Assembly: GCA_951406725.2 (NCBI GenBank)
Contig: OX597817.1
Coordinates: forward strand, 91,760,001-91,824,000
Source of the DNA: Octopus vulgaris
Lineage: Eukaryota
Reading direction: 5' to 3'
DNA length: 64,000 bases
The notes beneath the pieces were generated by a model, which ran no database searches, had not been told where the DNA came from, and worked only from the letters and a program-made list of their open reading frames with translations. The translations under genes were made by a program, and so were the position numbers. Of this stretch, positions 12,223 to 25,784 are shown one piece after another; within the stretch, counting starts at the first letter, position 1; each line of letters opens with the position of its first letter.

Positions 12223-14589
12223 TTGTACAAATACATGCAAGAATTTGTCTCACATCATTTTATCAGAGAATATTGGTCTTATAAAATCTTTAGTAGAAAT
12301 TCTGTTAAAATTTCCTACTCTTGTTGCAAAGATTGTGCCAGTTCTGACAATTCCATTCATGCAAAACATCAATGAAACAATGGCAATACCATCACTGAAC
12401 ACACTTGTACACTTGTAATAATATAAACTCTTGTAACTGCCCACTTAACAGAAACTTCCTAACCATTTCTATACTATACTGTACCAAAGTAGAACTGAAC
12501 GATAGCTTTTCAATCAGAATCCTACATTGGTGTGATAGAAAATCAATTTTAGATGAGATATTAATAGAGCATACATGTATTAGACAATCCAAAGAGTTCT
12601 GACTGGTCTTTGCAAATATATTTGAAGTTTCAGGAAAATCTGTGACATCTTTAACATAATTTGATCTGTTATTGCTTTCGCACTAGCTTACAAGTATGCT
12701 AACAATAGAAATAGGTTCAGATATCTTTTCCTAACTAAAATGTATTCAATATTACCATAAAACAAAGGGAGCTTAAATTCAAAAAATTATATTCTTTGAA
12801 GCTGTTTGCATAAAGCAAGAAATCTATTTAATTTTCAACTAAAAGATCCACCATAAAATTTCAACCAAGAGTTTCTAACGCTTCAAAATATTCTTTGTGT
12901 GTGTGTGTGCACACGTGCATGTGTGTAAGTGTGTGTGTGCGTGTGTATTCTTTCTTTTCTTGTTACACTGATTCATTTGTTCACTCTAGTATCTTTGTAA
13001 TATCTGCCCGTGAATGATGGTGGTATGAATAGTTTTAGTCTGTTACGGTTGCAGTTTATATGATAAAATTATGCCATTTCTTAATGTTGTTTTAATTTTT
13101 ATCAATCTATTTTTCATTTACAAGATTCTATTTTTGTGCATGCCTCTGATCAAATTATTCCTTATTGTTAGTTTTTTGTTTCATTCTCCAACTTTTGTTA
13201 AAGTACATGAGACAAGAAACGTGGAGTGAAAAAGTGCAGTTTATGTATATATTATGTATTATGCATACATGTATATCTATCTATATGTGTGTGTGTTTGT
13301 ACATTTGTGTGTGTGGAAGGGGATCATTTCTGACTAACTGCATACTGTGGCCACCAGACTGGAACAAAATCCATGGTTGGCACGTGATGTAGTCATGTGA
13401 AATAGACAAACTGTTAGCTAAGTTCAAATGTGTTTGGGATATATTTGACCAGTAAAAAGATCAGTTGCACTGCAGTTTGCCATGCATATACATTATACAT
13501 ACATATATGTATGTGTGTAAATATACATAGATATGTAAACAGATATATGCATGCATGTTGATATTTACACACAGAAGCATCATTAACTTTAGATAGCTAT
13601 GTATCACACTTAATGTAAATACATTGCTGAAAAGGACATTTAATATGGTATTCATCTGAAGATAACAAGTCTTATGGAGTGTTATGTTTAAAAACACAAT
13701 ATACCTCAGAGGGAAATGAAAATTGTCCCAGTAGTGACTTGGGAGAATGGTAGATGCATTTCAGCTTCAATGAGCCTTGTCAATGGTGCATGCACACAGT
13801 CAATTACATGCTCTTATTCAACTGGCCAGCCAATCACAATGCTATTGAATGTTTTTCACTCTTTCCTATATATAGGAGGCAACGAATCTTGGCTAAGCAT
13901 GTGGTTGGCTGCAAGTAGGTGCCATTGACAAAGTTTAACAAGGCTTAAATTTATCTAGCATTCTTGCTAGCTATTATAGAGTTGATTTTTGTTTCCTTCC
14001 AATTTATATATTGTGTTTTTAAATGCAGCATGTCCATAAAGGATGTTATATCTAACAAAATACCACAGAAAATTTTACCTTTCAGTGATATGTTTACATC
14101 AAGAATAATACATAGATGGATCTTTCTCACTCTCTCTCTCTCTCTTTCTCTTTCTCTCTCTCTCTTTCTCTTTCTCTCTTTCTCTCTTTATTTCTCTCTC
14201 TCCACACACACACACACTCACACAAATATATACATATATGCATACATATACATATGTATATATAGATATATGCATATATATGTACAATTACATATACACA
14301 CATTTAAGCATCTATATGTTGTTTTTATGAGAGTAAATAAGAAAAGTGGGACAATGTAAGATTGTAGATGTGAAATGTCTAGTTCAAAAGTTAATTAAAA
14401 AAATGTCTTCAAGTAAATCATTAAGAGAAAAAAATACTGAACTAACAGCAAGGAGAACAAAACATCATCAGGTAGAAGTCTAATTAATGTGGTGGTGGGG
14501 GTGTTGGGGTGGGGTCTTATAACTAAGGCTTGTTTATTAATTATTTTAATTGTCTCACATATTAGAAACAATAAAGTAATGAAGCAGCC

Positions 14590-14995
14590 TCTACATAGCC
14601 AGCAGTCGTATTAAAAATAGCAGCAAAATTACTGTCAAATTACATAGTAACCTCTTAAATAAAGACACATTGAATATTAATAGTCCCTGATATACAATTA
14701 GATAGGTTAGCCATGGCTGGAATGTCTTTGACCATGAATTTTCATGGCCTGGTTTGGCCATAAACTGAATAACATCAACAACCAGAAAGTCTCTATTTGG
14801 TCACTTAATCAGATAGAAATGGTAGCCAGATTCCTCCTCAAATTACATACTACTTTTTTTAAATAAAGGATATGTTGGACAATGTAGACATTGGTAAACA
14901 AATGCTTAGGGTAGTAATGTTTAGAATATCTTTCACCTTAGGCCTGGAGAATCAGATCTGACCAAGGGATAAATAACTATAACAACAACAACATA
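14590..14995 (+). repeat. Two tandem, diverged ~210-bp copies of an old interspersed repeat ending in (AAC)n
   Basis: aaatagcagc..tcaaattacata..taaataaag at ~14615 recurs at ~14818; related piece near 45430-45545. Confidence 0.5.
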
Positions 14996-17100
14996 AAATT
15001 TCATCAGTACAATACTCCATTCAGTGAGTTACTTTTGTTGTTGTTGCTTGGAATGAAAGTTTGTGACCTAGTTGTTAGCATGTTTGGCTCGGGATCATAA
15101 GTTCACGGGTTCAATTTCAAGAACAGGTAAATGTGTTGTGCCCTTAAGCAAGGTACTTTATTTTGTGTTACTTCAGTCTGTTCAGCTATAAATGAATGTT
15201 AGTTCAATGCTGGTGCAGTTCTCTCTCTCTCTCTTTCTCTCTCTCCCTCTCTTTCTCTCTCTCCCTCTCTTTCTCTCTCCCCCCCCTCTCTCTCTCCTTC
15301 TCTTTCTCTCTCCTGTTCATACTTCCTAGATGTGCCACTAGATGCAGAAGTTGAGAATATGTTTATGCATTCATACAACTATGAGGCATCTACAATAATT
15401 AACAGAAGCATATTACATGTTACTAAGTCAGCCTTTGTTGAGGAACTCTGTAGTCAAAGAAATTACAACCAATGCTGCATTATCTTTTTCTATATCTATG
15501 ACCAATGTTTCTTATAAAATTTTGCTGTGGATGTACACAGAAATTACCTTGTGTGCAAATTTTGTTTCTCTTTGAAAATCATGTGCTCATCAATGTGAGT
15601 AAACACTGTTTAAATGTCACACTTATGACCTAAGCATCAAATAAATAAATACCAATAATTACTAAGAAATAATGGTGATCATCTGTGAACACTAATTAAA
15701 TCCAGTGAACAGTAGTTACATCTAGTGAACATCAATGAGAATCAGGGAAAACCAGAGAATAACACTGAATGATATGGAACATTATTGAACACTTGTAAAC
15801 ACCAATAAACACTGATACATTGGTGAATACCAGTTATCATATATGAATGTCAGTTAAATTTATAGAATGTTAGTGAATATCAAAGAACACCTGCCAATGC
15901 TTGAACTGTATTATTTTGATTATTACAGATTCCTAGGACTCACTGCTCTAAAAGGAAGTAGCTCAAGAACTATAGATTATATTTATGTGTATATAGGGAG
16001 TTCCATCATTCATTGAGATGTAGTGGCAATGTTGAAAACTATTTTTGAGTAGTGGGTAATGCAGTCTGGTGGAGCTCATTCATCTTGGAAAACAATATAT
16101 TCTATCAGACATACTTTTTCATACTTGAAGTCTATTCCAGTGAATTTAGTGTAATCTATCAAGGGTCCTCCTTTGGGCAAGGTGGGCCCTGCATATGCAT
16201 GCACAGTGCCCCCTTTTAACAATACCAGTATAAGGAAAGGGGACATTTTAAGACCAATACAGGTTGGCATAATGTCATCACAGACATTGCTGTCAGAAAG
16301 CAAAGAGTTATGATAGCTAATACAAGACATCCTACACAATCCCAAATGTTTCATCTTCAATCCATTAAGTTGACTTTGAAAGGATTTGAACTCAGAGAGC
16401 CAGATCAAATACCACAAGGTATTTTATCCAATACTCTAATGACTCAGCCTTTATAATTTAACAAAGTTGTAATTAAAAAAATGTTATTAGATATATGGGA
16501 AAATGTAATTACATTTATGTTGAAAATGTAACTATAATTATTGAAGTGAGGAAGCTGACATTTTAATAATATTTTCAAGAATTCAAGAACATTAGAAAAA
16601 AATACAATATTATGGAATCAGTAAAAAATTTTATTCAAAATTCTAGCTTCTTCTGGAAAGCTACACTTAAGAACTTTAAGGTTATCAACTAGAAGATAAG
16701 TTAAACCTAGTACTAAATGTTGGTAAAATAGTTATCAATCTTTCTGTAGTCTTAGTTCTTGCTGTAGTTAGTTGTACTTAGTGTGTATTACTTGCTTACA
16801 GCAAGACAGACTGAATTATTATACCAAGTGTTAACCATGCTCTGTGAACAATACTTTTGACAGTAAACTTTTCCTAAAAGATTCGTTATTATTATCTCAT
16901 TTAAACAGTTTGTCTAAAGTGAACATAAACTTTTAAACACCATGCCAATCGGCTAGTACAGTATGCTTACTATTGCAGTGTTAAGTATAAGTGAGTTGAT
17001 GTTCTATTTAATAATGGTCACATCATGCTACATCAAACAGTTACTGTTTAAATGAATGCATGTTTAGTGCAGTTGGTAATTTCACCCACAGAGTTAAATA

Positions 17101-17485
17101 ATGAAAGATTTGGAAGAGAGATTTGTTTCTATGAAATTGTTTCAAATTCAAATAAACTTTTATACAAAATTTTGCAATGTTATGACAGGCTAAGAGAGAG
17201 AATTACTTGAGCTATACATAATGTCCCAAGTGGTATCAGCATTTCAAATCAAGAGGAGTATCCACTGAAGATGATTTTAAATCTGGGAGGCCTTCTATGA
17301 CAACCAATGACTATCATATTGTCAAAGTGTATACTGTGAACTATGAAGATCATCTCCTAACTCTGTGGAAAATTTCCATAGAAGGCATCTTTATAAATCC
17401 AAATACATGATTTTAAAATGAAAGAATTGAAAACATCATATTGTTGCAAAATTTGTGCCTTGTCTGCTGACAGATGAAAAAAATG
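17101..17485 (+). pseudogene. Decayed mariner transposase, N-terminal HTH region
   Basis: Translation across stops and frameshifts: MKDLEE..WYQHFKSRGVSTEDDFKSGRPSMTTND..VAKFVPCLLTDE (EDxxRSGRP and WVP-like motifs). Confidence 0.7.
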
Positions 17486-18454
17486 ACCTTTTTGTTCATT
17501 ACTCAACAAATTCCATCAATGTACAACAAATTTGTCAGTCTACTAATTTTGTCAATCTGTTTTATTTTTGTTACTTGCACCACCAATTTTGTCAGTCTAC
17601 CACACTTTTGGTCACCTACAGAATTTCAAATCTCTCTGAAAATCTTACTGTTTTTAAACCTAGTACACGATAAGTTTATGACATGTGTTGATAAAATTGG
17701 TGGGGAAAGTACTGAAAAGAATTTGAAGATCTTACTAGTGAGAAGTGTCAACTATTTCAAAACCAGTCGTTGAAATTTTGGATTTCACTTTTTATTTATT
17801 AAATTTTTTTCATAAGTTTTATAATCTTTGATTACTGTTTCGAAGAAAAATAAAACATGGCTTATTTTGTTCTCTTGAATTAAAGATTAAAACAATGTGT
17901 GTGTATGTATGAGTGTGTGTGCATGTGTGTATGTGTGCATGTGTGTATACACACACACACACGTATATATATATATAAACACACACATGCACACAAATAT
18001 ATATATATATATATATATTTTATTTATATACATATATATATATACACATGCACATACATGCATACACTCATATATATATGTGTGTGTGTGAGTGTGTGTG
18101 TGTACTTTTTACATTTCTTTTCAAAACAATCTTGTTATTCAGAAAATTGTAAAACTAGAATAATAAAGAACACCAACAAATCATATAATCTATTCAAAGA
18201 ATACGTTATTGCTCTCACCAGGAGTGAAAATAATATTTTGAATAATATTGTAAAAATATAAAAAAACTACAAATTAAACAAACAAACGGAGAAACAGACA
18301 ATTGGAGAAACAGAGAATGGAATAATTTGAATGAAGAGTTTAAGCTGAAAGATTCTCCAAGATATGGAGAAAAGATTAAATAAAAGTATATCAGTAAAAA
18401 TGTAAATAATGCTAATGGAAGTGTGAACATGAGATGAATGTGCATACACACACA

Positions 18455-18730
<276 letters not shown>

Positions 18731-18866
18731 AATATGTAGATAAACTTTGATCAAGTGATCATAGTGATCCACAATATGAAAGAACTTAATGATAAAAACA
18801 GAGCAGGGTACTTGATGTTTCTTGTTTTCTTACAACATGGCCAGATGTTACAACTTTCATCTCCTC

Positions 18867-19138
<272 letters not shown>

Positions 19139-19151
19139 CTCTCTCTCTCTC

Positions 19152-19200
<49 letters not shown>

Positions 19201-19689
19201 TATATATTTAAATAGGTGAATGAATTATCCTATGTTTATCGTCAGCATGGAAAATTTGTTTAACCGAAACCTGGGTAGTAAATTCACGTCAGAAACACAG
19301 TTGAAGCGACCTGTCCAAGGGTAGAAACTCCGGATTCATATGCAGAAATTTGTGTGTTGTATATGAATAAATGAAAGAATGGAGTCGAACGAAGATGTTA
19401 ACAAAATTCCTTTACTCTCGACATATGTTTCGAAGACATGTTTTCATTCCAAAGGAATAAAGGGTGCATTATGCAATCAACAAAAAATCTGCTAAAACTA
19501 ACAAAAAATGTAGTACTTGTTATTTCATAGCGATCTGCTATTATTGATTGGTAAAAAATTAATATATTACACTATAAGTTTAATATATTACATTTAAGTC
19601 AGTAACACAAGCCAGATTTGACCTCGAAGAAAGTACGTGGTGATAAATCGTACTTTCATTTGTGTCTGCGTGTAACATGATTTTTACTT

Positions 19690-20140
19690 GAAACATCCTT
19701 CTTTTCATATCTTCCTGCTTTTCCCACTTCCCTCTCCCTCCCTTTGTCTCTCTCTACATCTACCTCTCTCCTTCTCTGTTTCATCCCTCCCACTTTTTCT
19801 ATCCTCTCCTTCACTCTGTCTCTCCTTTCATATCTTCCTCCTTTTCTCACTTCTCTTTCCCCTCTTTTGTCTCACTTTACTTCTACCTCCCCTCCTCTCA
19901 TCTTACCCTCTCCCTCATATACTTCTCATTTTCCCTCCCCTTCTTATTCCATCTCTCCCTTTCCTTCACATCCTTCATTCTCTCCTCTCCCTTCCTTACC
20001 ATGTCTCTCTTTCTCTTCTCCTCCTCTCCCTCCCTCTGTCTTGCTATTGGTTCAAACTCCCTCTCCCTTTCTTCATATCATCCTCTCTCTTTCCCTCTCC
20101 TTCCCTCTGTCTCTCTTCCTCTCTATCCTTTCCTCCCCCT
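19690..20140. repeat. Polypyrimidine low-complexity tract
   Basis: About 450 bp that is largely C/T on the + strand. Confidence 0.85.
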
Positions 20141-20144
20141 CTGC

Positions 20145-21211
20145 ACTTCAAAAACGAAGATGACACCAAAGTGGTAGACCAAAAAAATGAATCTACTGCT
20201 GTGAGCATGGATGATTGCTAGCGGTGATCTGACAAACAACATCATCACTGCTGCACTGAAGAACAATGGTTTCTGTAGAATCATTGAACAGATAGAGCGG
20301 AAGAAAAATGATTTCATCCAATCCTTATTAGATCACTCATTGACACTCTTGGTGTCATCATGGAAAACTACTGTGGCAAGGCTAAAAAGGATAGGGAAAA
20401 CAAAGCAAAAACCAGAAGTCTCTTTGATCCAGTGGTTCCTCAAAAGAATGGATCCCCCACCCCAGTGAACAACCAAGTTGATAAGGATTGGGAAACTAAG
20501 GACACAACAAACAGAAGTCCCTCTGTGCCAGTGGTCCTACAAAGGAATGGAGTCCTCACCCCATTGGACAACCAGAGGAAAGCAAATGCAACCACAAGAA
20601 AAGAAAGGAATGAATATGAGCACAAATATAAAGAAGGAAAGGGAGAACAAGGAAAAGGAAAAAATGAAATAACTAAAGCCGAAACCCCAAATCCCCAAAC
20701 AAAAAACAGAAAACTCAAATATGGAGGCTTCAATGGAATCCGAAACCCTAGAGGAGAAAAAAAATTTGGAGTGCACTCAAGGACCTGCAAATTTTACTGG
20801 CAAAGCAGATGTTGGCATGGGGAACACAGTACAAACTACCTGTTTGTTCACCTGAGATCACACCAAAACAACAGAGGCCGTAAGGAGAAATACTTTCCTG
20901 AGGAAAGGTACCAATTGCCTCCACAGAAAAACATACAAATGCAGTGCGCTCTTCAGATGTGATGCACAAGGCAGCAGCTGGCATAAAAAATTGTGCAGCA
21001 GCTGACCTGGTTACACCAAGTGCAAATGAGGAACCTTGACCACCATTGTGAAAAACCACCATAATCAACAGACATGGGATGGCCTCCCCTAATGCCTGCA
21101 CAGTTGTTATGCCAATATTTTCACTAAATATTGGGGGCCTGTTGCATCACAACAACAAAAGCAAAATTTTGTCCTGAGCGATCTTGCTGCATACATCAAG
21201 ACCTATGCATA
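20145..21211 (+). mobile_element. LINE 5' part: decayed ORF1 with a CCCH-like finger, then the first codons of the ORF2 endonuclease
   Basis: ORF fragments 20211-20962 include CKFYWQSRCWHG..H; ~21110-21211 reads MPIFSLNIGGLLHHNNKSKI (AP-endonuclease N-terminus) and overlaps the start of the LINE at 25480-25518. Confidence 0.65.
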
Positions 21212-21366
21212 TATTTTGATAGGTTTAAGAGACAGAATCACCCTCAAGCAACTCAATCATCATTGAACGACATTATCCACGATAGGTACATATAGGACTA
21301 AATATTAAAATTATCAAAATTGATACCTTCAATTCTTATTACAATTCATATACTTTACATTATATA

Positions 21367-21467
21367 GCTACGCGCGTTTCATTACAACATATTCCTCAAT
21401 ATTGCTAAAATAGATGGTCTCTAAATACAATACCATATTAAAACGATTATACTGCCAATCTTCAGGT
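21367..21467 (-). ncRNA. Hammerhead-like motif with extended stem II
   Basis: Minus strand: CTGAAGA ttggcagtata..~55 nt..tatgttgtaat GAAA CGCGCG TA gc; palindromic stem III ACGCGCGT; stem I poor. Confidence 0.5.
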
Positions 21468-21648
21468 TTAGATTATATGAATTTATTTTGCTATTTACAT
21501 CCTATATAAAAACATGACAAACTAAAATTATATAACTAGAAGTTGTTGGAATAATTTTACTATTTCCTACTTTTATTTCAACAAGGACAAAGAGATTAAG
21601 TAGATTACATCGACCTCAATGCGTAACTGGTACTTATTTAATTTGAAC

Positions 21649-21779
21649 TCAGAATGTAATATTATGCATATATACTATATATATATGTATATATATATAT
21701 GGATATATATATATATATAAATCCATATATATATATATATCATATATATATAGTATATATGCATAATATTACATTCTGA
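21649..21779. repeat. Inverted duplication centred on (TA)n
   Basis: tcagaatgtaatattatgcatatatact .. agtatatatgcataatattacattctga. Confidence 0.9.
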
Positions 21780-22003
21780 CGGTTAGTAAAGAGAGACACA
21801 AATAAGAAAGAAGAAAACAAAGGACCACTGATGCAGTCACAGGAGTGTGACGAAAGAACTCTGGCCGAAATAAGATTAAGATTAATGTAAAAAATAAATA
21901 ACACTGAAGCAAAATAACACCAAATATATAGTGCGTGTGTTTTTATTGGCTAAACTGGCAAAATGATTTCACATAAAAAATCTTGCACAACAAATATTTA
22001 AAC

Positions 22004-22006
<3 letters not shown>
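21778..22006 (+). mobile_element. pLTR-like element with hammerhead-like motif (21822-21866); same family as 59455-59952
   Basis: ggacca CTGATGC A GTCAC aggagt GTGAC GAAAG aa CTC tggcc; 3' end abuts (TA)n. Confidence 0.65.
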
Positions 22007-22098
<92 letters not shown>

Positions 22099-22117
22099 AT
22101 ATATATTATATATATAT

Positions 22118-22450
22118 GGTGCATGGCTCAGTGGTTAAAGCGTCGAGCTTACGATCATGAGATTGTGAGTTCAAAACTTGGACCTGGCTGCATGTTGTGT
22201 TCTTGAGTAAGACACTTTATTTCATGTTGCTCCAGTTAACTCAGCTGCAGAAATGAGTTTTGACATCACTGGTGCCAAGCTGTATCAGCCTTTGCCTTTC
22301 TCTTGGATAACACTGGTGGCATAGAGAGGGGAGGTCAGTATGCATGGGCAACTGCTAGTCTTCCATAAACAACCTTGCCCGGACTTGTGCCTGGGAGGAT
22401 AACTTTATAGGTGCAATCTCATGGTCAGTCATGACTGAAGGGGGTCTCAG
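22118..22450 (+). mobile_element. tRNA-derived SINE
   Basis: ggtgcatggctcagtggttaaagcg (A box) .. gagttcaaaac (B box), then body shared with 7452-7770. Confidence 0.8.
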
Positions 22451-22458
22451 CAGCAAAA

Positions 22459-22506
<48 letters not shown>

Positions 22507-22535
22507 ATATATATAAACATATATGTGTGTGTGTG

Positions 22536-22575
<40 letters not shown>

Positions 22576-22578
<3 letters not shown>

Positions 22579-25518
22579 TGATTTTGATTTTGATTTTTCC
22601 AGTTTCAGCTAATGAGCTGTGGCCATGCTGGGGCACCGCCATTTGGTTTGCTACACGATTTTACCTCACGGATGCTTTTTAGCAAACGCCATCTGATGCA
22701 TGAGAGAGTTCGATGCAGCTGCCCTCATCTGCACCTCCTGCCGTGAAGTTGGTTCATCCGGGACACCTGACAGGAAGAGATCCAGTTTACTTTAAAGACA
22801 TCCGCATCTACACCATGCAGGTCCCTCAGGTTCTTCGGGAGGATATTGAAGAGCTGTGGTCCTCTGAAGCCCAGGCTATCACAATATCTTGTTCTACATC
22901 TTGATGGCAAATTTGGAGTCCTTGGTACTACGCAGTGGCGTCTGGTTCTGGCATTTGTGTGACTCTCGATGCCAAAGTCTGGGACAAGTCCTTCCAGGAT
23001 CTTCCAGATATATATTATGGCATATCTTTCTCACCTATGCTCCAGGGAATAGAGCTTTAATCTCTTGAGTCTTTCCCAGTAGCTCATATGCTGCACAGAG
23101 GCTATCTTCTTCGTGTAGCTTCGTTGGATCGCCTCAAGTTCTGTGATCAACTTGACACTGGATGGTGACCATAGCTGAGAGCAATAGTCAAAGTGGCTTA
23201 GGACAAGTGTCTTCCAGAGGACCATCATGGTTTCTTGTTCTCTTGTTCTAAAGGTTCTAAGAATCCAGCCAGCCAGCCGTCTACATTTCATTGCCAGTTT
23301 AGCAACATGTACATGAAAGGTCGCATCATCACTCATGTGAATACCCAGGTCATGCACTGATTGTGCCTCTGGGATTGCAATCCCTCCGGGTCCAGTGTAT
23401 TCATTGGGTATTGCATTCAGTTTTGCATGCTGATAGTATAAAGCTTGAAACTTTTCAGCATTGAACTGCATGCTATTCTTTTCAGCCCACTTGTATATTT
23501 CGTCCAGCTCACATTGCAGGTGCTTAGTGTCTTCAGGGTTCTGTAACTTGTGGCTCTCTGCGTGGCTGAGGGCATGTCTGAGAGGGCCATTATGAACAGT
23601 AGTTGTCCCAAAACAGTGCCCTGCGGAACACCGCTCACTATTTGCGTGTTAATGGAAGTGGCTGCTACCACCTGACTTCTATTCTTCAGAAAGTCATGAA
23701 GCCATTCTCCCAATTTTCCAACTATGCCAAGATCACGCAGTTTGTGACATATCATTCCATGATCGACTTTATCAAAGGCCTTTGTAAAGTCGAGATATAT
23801 GACTTCCACATTTGAGTGGTTGAGCAGTTGTTTCAGCACCCAGTCATAGTGTTGTAGGAGCTGAGTTAAGCAGCTTCTTCCTGGTCGGAAACCATGTTGG
23901 GTGTCAGGCAGCAAGTCATTTTCTTCAAGGAAAGTGATTAGTTTCTTTCTGACTATTCGTTCCATGACCTTGCTGATGTGTGAGGTGAGAGAGATAGGTC
24001 TGTAGTTTTGGCCTCCGCTCTGCTACCTCCTTTATGAATAGGGCATATTTTACCTTCCTTCAGTTTTCTTGGAAGTTTGCCAGCTGCAAGGAAGCTCTGA
24101 AAGAGGAACTGCAGTGGTCTTGCTAGGACTCTCTTACATGCTTTTAGGAGGATTGCCGGGAATCCATCGGGGCCAATAGCTGAGTCTGTTTTCATTTCAT
24201 CTATAGCCTTTATTACATTGTCTTCCTTTATATCGATGTAATTTATCGTCGACGCCTCTGATTTTATATCTGCAGTGGTAAAGAAGTCAGTTGGATTGCT
24301 GATTTGGAAATGCCCAAGGGGTGGAGTGAAAACACTCTTGAATTGCTCATTCAGTATTTCACTTACCCTCATTGGTTTTCCTGTGAGTGTGCCATCCTTT
24401 TCAAGGAGTGGCCCTATCCTACAGTGCACCGTAGCTGTTTCTTTGGCATACCTGTAGAAAGCTCTGGGGTTAGTTTTTATGTTGTCTATAGCCCAGGCTT
24501 CTTTGTCTGCTCTTTTCTTTTCATGGGAGAGTTGCAGATATTTTTCAATTTCCAACAGTTTTATTTTCAGGCGGGACTTTTCACTGCTTTCAATTTGTTT
24601 GTTTAGGCGATTTGAAATTTTTGTACGCCATCTCATTAAAATTTTCCACTCTCTGGGGATTTTGTTCTTGTGTACAGTGGCCTTTCTCTCTGGGACACAT
24701 TTGTAGCATATGGCTTGCATTACAGACATGAATTGTTGAAGTTTCATGTCGATGTCCGGCGAGGAGAGACATTCAGGCCAGTTTTGTTTGAGGATCTCTT
24801 TCTCAATTTGTTTCCAGTTTGCCTTATTGAAGTTCAAGCTGGAAAGATTCTGAGAGTTTCTTGTAGGCTGCATGTCCATGCTTTCCTTTGGCCCGTACAT
24901 GGTCAGCTCTACCATGTTGTGATCCGAGAGTAGTGTCGGTGTCACTTTCACATTATGGATGAGATCCATATTATTTGTGAAGCAGAGATCCAGTGTGTTA
25001 CCTGTCCTGGTTGGTTGGAGTATTACTTGCTCCATGTACAGGGTGTTGATGAGGTTCAGGAGGGACCTCGCCTGTCCCCGTTCACATCATGTCATTCCTG
25101 GGAGAGAAAGGCCCTCGGGCCATCTGACATTGGGTAGGTTGAAGTCTTCCATGAGAAGTACACTTATGTGCTGTTCTAGTGTGACTAGAACTTCTTCTAT
25201 TTTTATAAGGCAGTCTTCAAACTTGCCCATATGGCTTGGGGCATCTGGAGGGCGATATGTAGCACACACAACTACACCAAGTTGCCTTACATGTACAATT
25301 AGTGTGTCACACACCGAGTTTGAGTATGACAAAAGGACCTGGGGTGTGAGGTCCTCACGGATGTACATAGCAACTCCTCCATGACTCCTTTCTTTTCTGT
25401 CGGTCCGTAGTACAACATACTGTGGTATGTGTAATTCCGCATCCGCTATGTCCGGTTTCAGGTGTGTTTCCGTAAGTGCTATGCATAAGGCTTGATTGCA
25501 TGCAACAAAGTCTCTCAA
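22576..25518 (-). mobile_element. CR1/L2-group LINE: frameshifted ORF2 (AP endonuclease + reverse transcriptase) and 3' tail
   Basis: IALTETHL, YRPP, DFN, TLDLCF, SDH (endonuclease); GPDG, QHGFRPGRSC, YLDFTKAFDKVDH, GVPQGTVLG (RT, YADD region deleted); LKLYSLE; (AATCAA)-type tail at 22576-22597. Confidence 0.93.
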
Positions 25519-25569
25519 TATATATATATTTATATAATTACTATGAAGCATTGTGTAGTATATATTGCA

Positions 25570-25784
25570 TAAAAGATCGTGAGTAAGGCCAAAGCAGTGT
25601 GAAGGATATGCAAGGTAATCACAAGAAAACTAATATATAAATTAATATAGACTTACCCTGTATTTAATATTTCAGGGTTATGATAGAATATATACAGGGT
25701 AAGTCTACATTAATTCACATATTAGTTTTCTTGTCATTTGCCTTGCATTTCCTTCACATTGTTATGTCCTTAGCCACAATCTTT

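Noticed and set aside
19688-20221. Leu/Ser/Pro-rich ORFs of 139-177 aa
   Set aside because: Consequence of the polypyrimidine tract.
22118-22190. Possible tRNA gene
   Set aside because: A and B boxes are present but I see no convincing cloverleaf, and it continues into a SINE body found elsewhere in the window.
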